A stretch of 64,000 nt of DNA, taken from NCBI GenBank assembly GCA_964390845.1, contig CAYMIL010000002.1:33885-97884 (forward strand), read 5' to 3'. A program made the position numbers and the translations under genes. This DNA is from an uncultured Candidatus Saccharibacteria bacterium (GTDB lineage: Bacteria; Patescibacteriota; Minisyncoccia; Phycocordibacterales; CALRHW01). Shown here piece after piece: positions 52,214 through 61,439 of the stretch. The notes beneath the pieces are model-generated. The model ran no database searches and was not told the DNA's origin. It saw only the letters and a program-made list of their open reading frames with translations. Position 1 is the first letter of the stretch, and the number at the start of each line of letters is the position of its first letter.

Positions 52214-53368
52214 ATGATTACCCCGAAGAGATCTTTGCGGACCGTTGGCCTCATCGTACTGGTTGCCGTAGTGTCCTTTGCGCACGTTCCAACGGCACTT
52301 GCGAAGGCGGCATCGACAGAAACAACGAGTGTCCAAACAAACACATCAAACTCCTCAGTCAACACATCGGCAACACAAGCGGTCAGCACAACAAACTCTG
52401 CACCAAGTGCGACACCACAGAAATCAAGTGATCTCAATCACGATGGGTACGTCACAAATGCAGACGTAAATCTCGTACTCAGCAGTTTTGGTACATGCCA
52501 ACTAAGCGCGTCATGCCCGGCAGACATCAACAATGATGGTTCTGTAAACAATGCAGATCTCTCTATTGTTGTAAAAAACGCAAACTCTTCGACTGCGGGT
52601 GGCAATGGTGCACTCACTGGCGGCGGAATCAACAACACCTCAAACACTTCTGTCAGCACGACAGACGGCTCAACAAACTCTTCATCAAACGGCACAACAC
52701 ACACAACATCAAACTCAACAACGAACACCAATACAAACACATCCGGAAACACTTCACCCGTTTCATCAACACAACGCACTGGCGGTTCAACAGGAATAAA
52801 CCCGAACGCGTTTCTTGGAAACCAATCTCAGGTTCCTGCGGTAACACGCCAACTCATTGAGTTTGTCCTCCCTATCCCAAACTACATGCAAAATCCGAGC
52901 ACGCCACGTGTTGTAAATGAGGAAGAAGAGATGAAAGCACGAAGTGCGCGCTCAAGCACTGCTCAACAAAATTTCCAGACGATTCAAGACCGGCTTGAAG
53001 CAGGAACACAGCGTATCGACACACTCATTACACGCATCGAATCTCGCATGGAGAAAATGCGATCGGATGGTATCAGTATTGCCGCGGCTGAAGTGTTTGT
53101 GGAACGAGCAAAAACAAGCGCTGGTGTGGCGCGAGCAAATACCGCAGGACTTGAAGAAGCATTCAACAATGCCCTTGCACAAACAACAGACAACGATGCA
53201 CGCATCGCATTTGAAAGCGTGCGCGCACTCATCGCAAGCGCAAAATCTCAGCTTGAAGGAGCTCGACGAAATCTTCTTGAAGCAGTTCGCATCATGAAAG
53301 CGGCGCAAGAACGTTTTCAACCACAAGTATCGGCTGAGGACAGCGCACTCGAGAGTGAGTTAAACTAA
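52214..53368 (+). CDS. secreted dockerin-type protein with Ser/Thr linkers and coiled coil (module A')
   Basis: Paired Ca-loops DLNHDGYVTNAD and DINNDGSVNNAD; C-terminal RIESRMEKMRSDGIS similar to 51260..51880. Confidence 0.75.
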   Translation: MITPKRSLRTVGLIVLVAVVSFAHVPTALAKAASTETTSVQTNTSNSSVNTSATQAVSTTNSAPSATPQKSSDLNHDGYVTNADVNLVLSSFGTCQLSASCPADINNDGSVNNADLSIVVKNANSSTAGGNGALTGGGINNTSNTSVSTTDGSTNSSSNGTTHTTSNSTTNTNTNTSGNTSPVSSTQRTGGSTGINPNAFLGNQSQVPAVTRQLIEFVLPIPNYMQNPSTPRVVNEEEEMKARSARSSTAQQNFQTIQDRLEAGTQRIDTLITRIESRMEKMRSDGISIAAAEVFVERAKTSAGVARANTAGLEEAFNNALAQTTDNDARIAFESVRALIASAKSQLEGARRNLLEAVRIMKAAQERFQPQVSAEDSALESELN

Positions 53369-53372
53369 ACGC

Positions 53373-53669
53373 ATGCAACCTGAACACCCATACATTCCTG
53401 AAGTTACACCTGTAGAGCTCAAATCTCGCACGCCATTCATCATCATCGTGGCAAGCGGAGTGCTCGCACTTTTGGCGGCTGTGGGCTTTTATTTCTACAT
53501 CACCCGCCCAGTATCCACGACGACACCGGATGTTGTTGTGCCACAAGGCGATAATCAGTTGCATCAATTAGAAAACCAGAGCCTCTCAGATGACATACCG
53601 TCCATTGAGGCAGATCTCAACGCAACCAGCTTCGATGGTATCGATGCAGGTGCCGAAGAACTGAGATAA
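53373..53669 (+). CDS. small single-TM protein, paralogue of 51901..52203 (module B')
   Basis: QSLSDDIPSIEADLNATS. Confidence 0.7.
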   Translation: MQPEHPYIPEVTPVELKSRTPFIIIVASGVLALLAAVGFYFYITRPVSTTTPDVVVPQGDNQLHQLENQSLSDDIPSIEADLNATSFDGIDAGAEELR

Positions 53670-53681
53670 AAACGCAAGGAG

Positions 53682-53715
53682 AAGCAAAAACCCCGCCATC
53701 GCGGGGTTTTTGCTT
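53682..53715 (+). terminator. intrinsic terminator
   Basis: aagcaaaaaccccgc-catc-gcggggtttttgctt. Confidence 0.88.
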
Positions 53716-53759
53716 GCAAAGAGACGACAATCTCTATACACTGTGAAGCTACAACACAT

Positions 53760-54764
53760 ATGAAAAAAGACAAGCCATATTCAAATATTACAATTTCCCC
53801 CCTCGAACACTCTGAGGTCCTCATTGAGGGAGAAATCACTGCAGAGTATCTTGAGGAAAAGCGTGCGGAAGCACTCAAAAAACTCGTAACCGGAGCAGAA
53901 ATTCCTGGTTTCAGAAAAGGCACGGCCCCTGAACATCTTGTGGTCCGTCACTTTGGCGAATCACGCATTCTCGAAAACGCTGCTCAGGATGTGATTGAAG
54001 CACAGTACTGGGATATTGTCGCGGACAACTCTCTGCGCGCAATCGGCACCCCAGACATCACTATCACCAAACTCGCAGCAGGCAATCCTCTTGGTTTCAA
54101 GATCAAGACAGCAGTCATGCCAGAAGTCACACTTCCGGACTACGAGGCACTTGCACGTAAGGTAAACGCTGAGCCACAAGAAACACTTTCTGTTGATGAC
54201 AAAGAAATCGATAGCGCGCTCGAACAACTCAAAGAGGTGAAAAAGGTAGAAACAATCGACGATGCATTTGCTCAGTCATTGGGAGATTTCAAAACACTCG
54301 ACGAGCTCAAAAGTAAGATCTCAGAAAACATGCTCGCTGAAAAAAACGTACGCGCGAAAGAAAAGCGCAGACTCGCAATTCTTGAGGCAATTCTCGCAGA
54401 GACAACCTTCCCCGTACCTCAGGTTCTCGTAGATTTTGAATTGCAAAAAATGATTGCGCAATTTAAAGATGATGTTGCGCGCGCGGGTCTTGAATATTCT
54501 TCATACCTCAAGCAGATAAACAAAACAGAGGCGGACATTGCAACTGAATGGAAAGAAAGCGCTATCAAACGAGCGCGCACTCAGCTTATCTTCGGAAAAA
54601 TTTCTAAGGACAAACAACTCGTTCCCGACGAAAAAACAATCGAACACGAAGTCGACCACATCATTGAGCACCACAAAGACGCCGATAGGTTCCGCGCGCG
54701 CATGTTTGTAGAAAACATGCTCACCAACGAAAAGGTTCTTGAGTTTCTAGAGAATCAAAAATAG
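53760..54764 (+). CDS. tig: trigger factor, apparently lacking the FKBP PPIase domain
   Basis: IPGFRKG ribosome-binding motif; only 334 aa; near clpP. Confidence 0.88.
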   Translation: MKKDKPYSNITISPLEHSEVLIEGEITAEYLEEKRAEALKKLVTGAEIPGFRKGTAPEHLVVRHFGESRILENAAQDVIEAQYWDIVADNSLRAIGTPDITITKLAAGNPLGFKIKTAVMPEVTLPDYEALARKVNAEPQETLSVDDKEIDSALEQLKEVKKVETIDDAFAQSLGDFKTLDELKSKISENMLAEKNVRAKEKRRLAILEAILAETTFPVPQVLVDFELQKMIAQFKDDVARAGLEYSSYLKQINKTEADIATEWKESAIKRARTQLIFGKISKDKQLVPDEKTIEHEVDHIIEHHKDADRFRARMFVENMLTNEKVLEFLENQK

Positions 54765-55448
54765 TGCGGGCGCAACAGTTGCCGCGGTCTCAGCCCTCAA
54801 TACATACTCGCCCATTGTGCGGACACGTACACCATGAGCCGTGCACACCTCTATTTCACGCTCATCCCACCCGCCCTCTGGGCCGATAAAAAGTGCAACC
54901 GGCTGAGGCTCGGAACGCTCTGCAGACAAAAGCGGGGTACCGGTTGTATGAAAAAGAATCTTGTCTTCTGGCATCTGTGGATGCTCCAGCGCCTCTGTGA
55001 GAGACATGGGTTCGTGTACCTGTGGAAGCATTCCTCTGCCCGACTGCTCGCTCGCTTCTCGAGCAATTTTTAGCAAACGTTCCATATGGAGAGACTTTTT
55101 TTCAGAACGGAGGGCAATAATTGGGACAATATGTGTAACACCAAGCTCCGTTGCTTTCTGTACCACCCACTCAAAGTTGTCTTTTTTAATAATCGCTACG
55201 CACAACCACACTTCCCGAGACGGGCTCACAACAAGACGCGATTCTTCCACGCGCACATGAATCTCCTGTGCCGATAATAGTTCAATGGTACACACATATT
55301 CCTCTCCGTGCCCATCGCACAGTACAATCTGGTCACCAGCAGACAAACGAAACACCCGTTTAAGCTGATGGATTAAATCCGCATCAGAGAGAGCTATTCG
55401 CTTTCTACCAGATAGGCGCTCTGTTACAAAAAATCTATGAAGTCTCAT
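54747..55448 (-). CDS. rsmE: 16S rRNA m3U1498 methyltransferase
   Basis: QKATELGV, EASEQSGR, IGPEGG, VLRAETA. Confidence 0.95.
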   Translation of the reverse strand: MRLHRFFVTERLSGRKRIALSDADLIHQLKRVFRLSAGDQIVLCDGHGEEYVCTIELLSAQEIHVRVEESRLVVSPSREVWLCVAIIKKDNFEWVVQKATELGVTHIVPIIALRSEKKSLHMERLLKIAREASEQSGRGMLPQVHEPMSLTEALEHPQMPEDKILFHTTGTPLLSAERSEPQPVALFIGPEGGWDEREIEVCTAHGVRVRTMGEYVLRAETAATVAPALFLIL

Positions 55449-55559
55449 AGGGACAGTCTAGAACGCATTGGATAAAAAAGGAAGCGGCGCGTGGCGCGCG
55501 CAGTTGCGCCACGCGCCGCTCTGGTATACTATACGTGCACTATTAATAACAACACTTCC

Positions 55560-56132
55560 ATGCTCATACCAACAGTTATTGAAAAAACAAGTTTCGGCGA
55601 GCGAGCATACGATATTTACTCTCGCCTCCTTAAGGAGCGTATTATTTTCCTTGGTGGGCCAATCGACGACCACACCGCAAACATCATCATTGCTCAGCTT
55701 CTTTTTCTTGAGTCTGAAGACCCAAAGAAAGACATTCACCTCTACATCAACTCACCTGGAGGCTCAGTCACCGCAACACTTGCGATGCTCGACACAATGA
55801 ACCACGTGAAGCCAGACGTTTCCACTGTCTGCGTCGGTATGGCTGCGTCTGGTGCCGCTATCCTCCTCTCTGGTGGTGCAAAAGGAAAGCGCCTCGCTCT
55901 CCCAAACGCTGAAGTGATGATCCACCAGCCTCACGGCGGTGCAGAGGGTCAGGCAACAGATATCGAGATTACTGCAAAACAGATTCTCAAACTTCGAGCA
56001 CGCCTCAACAAAATTCTCGCCGAAGCAACAGGAAAATCAATCGAGCAAATAGAGAAAGACGTCGAACGCGATTACTTCATGGATTCTGCAGAAGCAAAAA
56101 AATACGGAATCATCGACAAAGTTATCCAGTAA
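55560..56132 (+). CDS. clpP: ATP-dependent Clp protease proteolytic subunit
   Basis: [34 protein letters not shown]. Confidence 0.97.
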   Translation: MLIPTVIEKTSFGERAYDIYSRLLKERIIFLGGPIDDHTANIIIAQLLFLESEDPKKDIHLYINSPGGSVTATLAMLDTMNHVKPDVSTVCVGMAASGAAILLSGGAKGKRLALPNAEVMIHQPHGGAEGQATDIEITAKQILKLRARLNKILAEATGKSIEQIEKDVERDYFMDSAEAKKYGIIDKVIQ

Positions 56133-56150
56133 CAACTCATACAATGGATA

Positions 56151-56181
56151 CAAAGAAACCGCCCGCAAGGTGGTTTCTTTG
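56151..56181. terminator. bidirectional terminator
   Basis: caaagaaaccgcc-cgcaa-ggtggtttctttg. Confidence 0.8.
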
Positions 56182-56205
56182 CGTAGGCGGTTGTTGCGCA
56201 GAAGG

Positions 56206-56433
56206 TCAGGTGACCGGTCCAATGATGCGATCGCCCGACATCGTCAGGAGACTGTTGTGCCGGACGATGGGACGGAGCTCCTTCGGGAACCCCTCCTCTT
56301 CCGTATCAACGGAAACGGTGATGGATGCCCCCACGATTCTGACGATGACGCCGTGCCACTCCACACGATCCCCCTTGGGTGTGTGGTCGAAAAAACGGAC
56401 ACGGTCGCTCACCTCGAGCTTGTTGTCGGGCAT
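56206..56433 (-). CDS. small hypothetical protein (possible SH3/KOW-like beta-barrel)
   Basis: AAGGAGG SD, TTGACT-N17-TATTCT promoter, terminator downstream. Confidence 0.6.
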   Translation of the reverse strand: MPDNKLEVSDRVRFFDHTPKGDRVEWHGVIVRIVGASITVSVDTEEEGFPKELRPIVRHNSLLTMSGDRIIGPVT

Positions 56434-56562
56434 ATGCCCTCCTTGGCCTAAGGCCTAGTTATTTCCAAAGGAGAGAATACAAGAAAATGACCCATAAGTC
56501 AAAATTAGACAAGTCCAATACTTTCTTGTAGTATGAAATTGTTCACTTATTTGTAATTTTTA

Positions 56563-56711
56563 ACGGTGCAGCTTTCAGATTTCCCTATCTTATGACGTTT
56601 TTTCCCGCATACCCCACAGACATGACCTTCACATTCAACACTACGAAGCAAAGAACACACAGCGCGGCCATATCCCCTATCTGCGTGTAAGGAATCTCCA
56701 GGCGGCATCGT
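56563..56711 (+). ncRNA. structured RNA upstream of rny (6S RNA candidate or leader)
   Basis: acggtgcagctttcagatttccctat pairs imperfectly with gtaaggaatctccaggcggcatcgt; no + strand ORF. Confidence 0.45.
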
Positions 56712-56720
56712 CCGCACACC

Positions 56721-58250
56721 ATGACATTAAAATTAGCACTGCTCTTTGCGAGCTTTGCTGGACTCATGGGCGTCGTGCTCGGATATTTCGTGCGCTTGAT
56801 GCTGTCGCTCGGCAAGAAAGGTTCTGTCGAGCTTGCTATCAAGCAGATGGAGCTTAAGGCAAAAGAAGAAGCCCAGAGAATCATCACAGAAGCCGAAGAA
56901 AAAGCCGAACAGACACTCAAAGAAGCCCGCGCAGAGATCAGAGAGCGAGAAGAAAAAGTAAAAAAAGCAGAAGACAGAGTTATTAAGAAAGAAGAGCTTT
57001 TGGATAAGCGCCAGATAGATATCGACTCAGAAGTAGAACACATCAAACTTCGCATCGGAGAGATAAAATCCATCAAAGAGCGCGCAGATACCCTTCTTGC
57101 AGAACGTCAGGCAGAGCTTGAGAAGGTTGCCCAGATGACATCAGACGCGGCAAAGAAAGAACTTCTCGAGACAATCGAAAAGCAGTCCGAAGAAGATTTG
57201 CTTGTACGCATGCAAAAGCTTGAGGTCCATGCCCAAGAGACACTGGATCGAAAAGCAAAAGATATTCTTGCAACATCAATTCAGCGCCTCGCGACATCCG
57301 TGTCTTCAGACATGCTCACCACGAGCGTACCAATTCCTTCAGATGAAGTGAAAGGAAAAATCATCGGAAAAGAGGGTCGAAACATTAAGGCATTCGAGCG
57401 TGCGACGGGTGTTGAAATCATTGTCGACGACACGCCGGGCGCTATCACCATTTCCTCATTCGACCCCGTACGCCGCCAAGTGGCGCGCGTCGCCCTCGAA
57501 AATCTCATCACCGACGGCCGTATTCAGCCTGCAAAAATCGAAGAAATGGTAGAAAAGGCAAAAAACGAGATCAATAAAATCATCAAGGAAAAAGGTGAGG
57601 CGGCAGCATTCGAATGTGGCGTACTGAATCTCGATCCGCGCGTCCTTGCAATACTCGGACGCCTACATTTCCGTACAAGCTACGGCCAGAATGTACTTCA
57701 GCACTCAATCGAGATGACACACCTCGCCGGCATGATTGCCGAGGAGCTTGGTGCAAATGTTGCCGTCGCAAAAGCAGGCGCCCTTCTTCACGACATCGGC
57801 AAAGCACTCGACCACGAAGTCGCTGGTTCACACGTAGAAATTGGCCGACGCATTCTCCAGAAATTCGTCGTTAGCGAAGAAATCATCAAGGCAATGCAAG
57901 CTCATCATGAGGAATATCCGTACGAAACGATTGAGTCAATCATCGTACAGACGGCAGATGCTATCTCGGGCGGTCGCCCAGGAGCACGTCGCGACAGCGT
58001 AGAAAACTATCTCAAGCGCCTCGGCGATCTTGAAGCAATCGCAAACGGCTTCAAAGGCGTTGAAAAGTCCTACGCCCTCCAAGCAGGCCGTGAAATCCGC
58101 GTTTTTGTCCTTCCTCAGCAAGTAAGCGACCTCGAAGCAAAAGACATGGCGCGCAATATCGCACTCAAAATCGAAAAAGACCTCAAGTATCCGGGTGAAA
58201 TTAAGGTAAATGTCATTCGCGAGAGCCGTTCGATAGAGTTTGCTCGCTAG
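56721..58250 (+). CDS. rny: ribonuclease Y
   Basis: N-terminal TM, coiled coil, KH (KGKIIGKEGRNI), HD (LLHDIGK), ADAISGGRPGAR. Confidence 0.97.
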   Translation: MTLKLALLFASFAGLMGVVLGYFVRLMLSLGKKGSVELAIKQMELKAKEEAQRIITEAEEKAEQTLKEARAEIREREEKVKKAEDRVIKKEELLDKRQIDIDSEVEHIKLRIGEIKSIKERADTLLAERQAELEKVAQMTSDAAKKELLETIEKQSEEDLLVRMQKLEVHAQETLDRKAKDILATSIQRLATSVSSDMLTTSVPIPSDEVKGKIIGKEGRNIKAFERATGVEIIVDDTPGAITISSFDPVRRQVARVALENLITDGRIQPAKIEEMVEKAKNEINKIIKEKGEAAAFECGVLNLDPRVLAILGRLHFRTSYGQNVLQHSIEMTHLAGMIAEELGANVAVAKAGALLHDIGKALDHEVAGSHVEIGRRILQKFVVSEEIIKAMQAHHEEYPYETIESIIVQTADAISGGRPGARRDSVENYLKRLGDLEAIANGFKGVEKSYALQAGREIRVFVLPQQVSDLEAKDMARNIALKIEKDLKYPGEIKVNVIRESRSIEFAR

Positions 58251-58337
58251 TACCCCACCCTGCACAGGCCGGTTGCGCTAAAAATGGCCTATTATATAAT
58301 TGGGGCGTAGCTTACAAGCAAGCCTTAACGAAATATT

Positions 58338-58610
58338 ATGAACAAACAAGGAATTGTAGACGCAGTGCACGGAAAGTTGATGGGCACAAAAGCACAGGCA
58401 GAAGAAGTGGTAGACATGATGATCGACTCAATCGTCTCCACACTCAAGAAAGGTGACGAAGTTTCTATCGCTGGCCTCGGCATCTTCTCCACGAAGACAC
58501 GCGCGGCTCGATCAGCTCGAAACCCACGCACGGGCGAGACCATTCAGGTCCCTGCAATGCGGGTTCCAAAGTTCCGAGCGGCAAAAGCGCTCAAGGACGC
58601 GGTGAAATAA
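58338..58610 (+). CDS. hup: HU family DNA-binding protein
   Basis: MNKQ, GLGIF, ARNPRTGE, PKFRAAKALKD. Confidence 0.95.
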   Translation: MNKQGIVDAVHGKLMGTKAQAEEVVDMMIDSIVSTLKKGDEVSIAGLGIFSTKTRAARSARNPRTGETIQVPAMRVPKFRAAKALKDAVK

Positions 58611-58626
58611 TCTCTCTCGCACCCGC

Positions 58627-58658
58627 ACAAAAAACCGCCCTTTCGGCGGTTTTTTTGT
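58627..58658 (+). terminator. intrinsic terminator
   Basis: aaaaaaccgcc-ctttc-ggcggtttttttt. Confidence 0.85.
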
Positions 58659-58801
58659 TGCTAAAATTTGTTTTCCGCTAAGTAATTTAATATTGACTTA
58701 TCGTGTTTTAAATGTCACTATTACATTGTTGATGAAATGAAGTAATCGACCGCCACGTTGCCGGTGCATAGGCAAAGTTCATTTCAGAAAGGAGTGTCCC
58801 C

Positions 58802-59047
58802 GTGGCACTCAGCCCAGAACGGATTGGTCGAATCTCATTCCTCGTGCTTCAGCGGATGTTGGAGGACGAGAATAAGATTCGCCTGAACCCAAAGGAGGTT
58901 AAACGGAATGTCGCCAATGAGGCCAAGAAGTACGGCATTCCGCCACATGAAGCCGCTGAGTTCGCGCAACTGGTCATCAAGAGCGCGTACGAGCGGACGA
59001 TGGCAGAACTTGGGACCATGCTCAATCCCAATCCAGACGACAAGTAA
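58802..59047 (+). CDS. hypothetical protein (81 aa)
   Basis: GTG start with AAAGGAG SD; upstream TTGACT. Confidence 0.6.
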   Translation: MALSPERIGRISFLVLQRMLEDENKIRLNPKEVKRNVANEAKKYGIPPHEAAEFAQLVIKSAYERTMAELGTMLNPNPDDK

Positions 59048-59187
59048 CACCGCCCAACGGATAAGGTCGAGAAAGGACCACTTTCTCATAAAGGGGTAAT
59101 TCCGGTTTGCACTCAGCTGATCCGCTTCGGCCGATCCGCACAACAGCAAACCCAAGAGAACAAGAACCCTCACCTCTCCACTCACAC

Positions 59188-59228
59188 GATCCCCACTCAG
59201 CTCAAGCTGACGTGGGGGTTCTTTTTTT
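59188..59228 (+). terminator. intrinsic terminator
   Basis: ccccac-tcagc-tcaa-gctga-c-gtgggg followed by a T run. Confidence 0.75.
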
Positions 59229-59347
59229 ATAGTTATTTTGCAACAAATAAGCAGTGAACTTAAGCAAAGTAGATATTTGACTTCTTTTATAAAAATGATA
59301 CTGTTTTTTTCGAACTGATCCTCACCAAAACCCAAGGAGGTGCCCAT

Positions 59348-59872
59348 ATGTACCTATACCACAGGGTGCCGGATAACATGGACGGCACGATCCTCTACCC
59401 ACTCAATGAGTTGCGACTCATTAAGCCTGAGCTGTATGAGGCGCATGCCAAGAAGTACCGGAAGCGAGAAGCATTAATGGATAGACGCATCCCGCATCTC
59501 AACTGTCTGTGGAACGATGTGCTATTCTTCACGGCTGTTCATCCATCCGTGTTCAGGAAAGCATTCGAGCGATTTTGCTGGAGGCTTCCGCCATTCCGAT
59601 GCTTCAGGTTCAGCCCAACTGGACTCAACCCAACGCTCATGACAGTCCTAACGCGAATGAGTGGACCTAGAGGCGGATTCGAGGAATACGAACCATTTGA
59701 CCCACACAATCTCGAAAAGCACGCCACAATTCCTCAGGAAACGTTCGACTACTGGAATGATGAAATATCCTCTGGAAGCAGATCCGTTTTCTTGTGGCTG
59801 CACATTCCCCACATCCTTCACCGAGGACCGCTAGACACACGCCTTGCCACCATAGAAGAATCCACCGCGTAG
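59348..59872 (+). CDS. hypothetical protein (174 aa)
   Basis: AAGGAGGT SD; YH..P..M.G..LYPLN.L, LNCLWNDVL and IPHILH look like conserved motifs; function unknown. Confidence 0.7.
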   Translation: MYLYHRVPDNMDGTILYPLNELRLIKPELYEAHAKKYRKREALMDRRIPHLNCLWNDVLFFTAVHPSVFRKAFERFCWRLPPFRCFRFSPTGLNPTLMTVLTRMSGPRGGFEEYEPFDPHNLEKHATIPQETFDYWNDEISSGSRSVFLWLHIPHILHRGPLDTRLATIEESTA

Positions 59873-59899
59873 ACCAACAACTGGGTCTACGCGGTTTTT
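59864..59899 (+). terminator. intrinsic terminator
   Basis: accgcgtagacc...ggtctacgcggt-tttt. Confidence 0.8.
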
Positions 59900-59932
59900 C
59901 ATGCGTGAATTCTACAGAGACCTAGAAATCTT

Positions 59933-60006
59933 TGGTGCGGGATGGGGGAATCGAACCCCCGACCTCGGTTTGGAAAACCGATATTATACCATTTAACCAA
60001 TCCCGC
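59933..60006 (-). tRNA. tRNA-Gly(TCC)
   Basis: Anticodon arm tcggt-tttccaa-accga; GGTTCGATT T-loop; encoded CCA. Confidence 0.95.
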
Positions 60007-60043
60007 TTTTGTCGCGCACCTCTGTGCGTCAGACGTCATACTA

Positions 60044-60343
60044 TCACGGCTTTTTCGCGCTCGCAATTTTGAGCACCGCGTCAAAATTGTCCTTTTCAGA
60101 AACCTTATTACGCCGTATAAAACCACATTTCTCACACCGATGTACCAAATCGTACTTCCCCACTATCCCCTCTACCCCGACCGGTTTCATCATTCCCCCG
60201 CACACCTCGAGTCTGTCCCCTGGGTCTTTATCAACGTGCTTACTCCAGAGGCATTGCCGACAATGATTGGTAAAACCAGTGCCCGCATTTTCTGCGCCAC
60301 AATGCTCACATACAAAGTCTTCAACCGTCTTTTTAAACGCCAT
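60044..60343 (-). CDS. RNHCP domain zinc-ribbon protein
   Basis: FVCEHCG, TNHCRQCLWSKHVD..PGDR, HRCEKCG. Confidence 0.85.
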   Translation of the reverse strand: MAFKKTVEDFVCEHCGAENAGTGFTNHCRQCLWSKHVDKDPGDRLEVCGGMMKPVGVEGIVGKYDLVHRCEKCGFIRRNKVSEKDNFDAVLKIASAKKP

Positions 60344-60365
60344 AGCCTTTGGCTTTACGCCTATA

Positions 60366-60440
60366 TGGTCGGGGCGCCGGGATTCGAACCCGGAGTCACT
60401 TGATCCCAAGTCAAGCATGTTACCGTTACACCACGCCCCG
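60366..60440 (-). tRNA. tRNA-Pro(TGG)
   Basis: CGGGGCG acceptor; cttga-cttggga-tcaag arm; encoded CCA. Confidence 0.95.
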
Positions 60441-60508
60441 AAAAACCAATGAACCATATACTAGCACAGAGACTCGAAATTCAAAAATGTTTGAGAAAAA
60501 AGGCTGTA

Positions 60509-60889
60509 TTAAAGGATATTAATGTGTTCTAAAAGACGTACGCGCCCTACACTCGCTTGGGTATCAAGCCCGACAACAATGCCATCTATCTGAAAAGGTG
60601 TTTCATGTGGAACACCAGACTTTAGGAGAAACATCTGCACGGTCTTTGCTACCTTGTTGATTTTTCTAGTGTGCATATTATCCTCTCCTCTCATATAGCT
60701 TTCACGTGAAACAGTTTTAACCTCAACAAAGTGTATAATCCCCTGCTTTTTGGCCACAATATCTATTTCCCCACATTTTTCACGGAAATTTCTCGCTAGT
60801 ATCGAAAAACCATGTTTCATGAGAAACATAACGGCTATTTCTTCACCCAAAGCACCTGTCTGTATATTTTTTGGCCTTTTTTCGTGCAT
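60509..60889 (-). CDS. yraN: YraN family (UPF0102) PD-(D/E)xK nuclease-like protein
   Basis: GALGEEIA, RNF, GEIDIVA, FVEVKT. Confidence 0.9.
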   Translation of the reverse strand: MHEKRPKNIQTGALGEEIAVMFLMKHGFSILARNFREKCGEIDIVAKKQGIIHFVEVKTVSRESYMRGEDNMHTRKINKVAKTVQMFLLKSGVPHETPFQIDGIVVGLDTQASVGRVRLLEHINIL

Positions 60890-60937
60890 TTTGTGTGTTT
60901 CATGAATAACATTGCTTCTATAGTTTCACGTGAAACA
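60599..60937. promoter_or_regulatory. cluster of parS-like palindromes
   Basis: tgtttcatgtggaaca 60599-614; gctttcacgtgaaaca 60698-713; tgtttcatgagaaaca 60813-828; tgtttcatgaataaca 60896-911; agtttcacgtgaaaca 60922-937 versus TGTTTCACGTGAAACA. Confidence 0.8.
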
Positions 60938-61033
60938 TATATTTGAGCAAAGTGACAAAAAATCCCTTATCTAAGCCATTTTTTGGCCAAAAGACACTTC
61001 TAACAGACAGTTAAAATAGTGTCTTTAATGCAC

Positions 61034-61064
61034 ATATCCCCATAGTTATCCCCAGTTTTCCACA
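61034..61064 (+). promoter_or_regulatory. tandem DnaA-box-like 9-mers
   Basis: atatcccca, ttatcccca and ttttccaca, each 1-2 mismatches to TTATCCACA. Confidence 0.5.
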
Positions 61065-61156
61065 CTTTTTGGGACAACGTCAGGGTCATTTGTCGCTAAA
61101 AAGCGAGTATAAAGACATTAGTCCCTAATACGTCCGAGAAGGCAGAAGAGAAGAAG

Positions 61157-61230
61157 TGGTGCGGGTAGGGGGAATCGAACCCCCGTCTCGTCCTTGGCAA
61201 GGACGTATTCTACCACTAAACCATACCCGC
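61157..61230 (-). tRNA. tRNA-Gly(GCC)
   Basis: cgtcc-ttgccaa-ggacg arm; encoded CCA. Confidence 0.95.
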
Positions 61231-61308
61231 ATTCATGAAACCCTAAAGAAACAATAACGAATTATACTGCAGGATCATGTCGTTGCACAATCCAGCCCGC
61301 TGTACGGG

Positions 61309-61380
61309 TGCTCTCGGAGGGATTCGAACCCCCAACAACGGTTCCGAAGACCGGTATGATATCCATTTCACCACGAGAGC
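61309..61380 (-). tRNA. tRNA-Arg(TCG)
   Basis: GCTCTCG acceptor; cggt-cttcgga-accg arm; GGTTCGAATC; CCA not encoded (ACCC). Confidence 0.92.
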
Positions 61381-61439
61381 GATAGGGAATATCATACTCT
61401 AGATTGGCTAAAAATCAAAAGCCATACTAAAATAAACCC

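Noticed and set aside
56585-57076. 163-aa antisense ORF over the rny 5' region
   Set aside because: Mirror of the Glu/Lys-rich coiled coil of rny
59899-60457. ORFs or extensions overlapping tRNA-Gly and tRNA-Pro
   Set aside because: They read through tRNA genes; the supported CDS is the RNHCP protein 60044..60343
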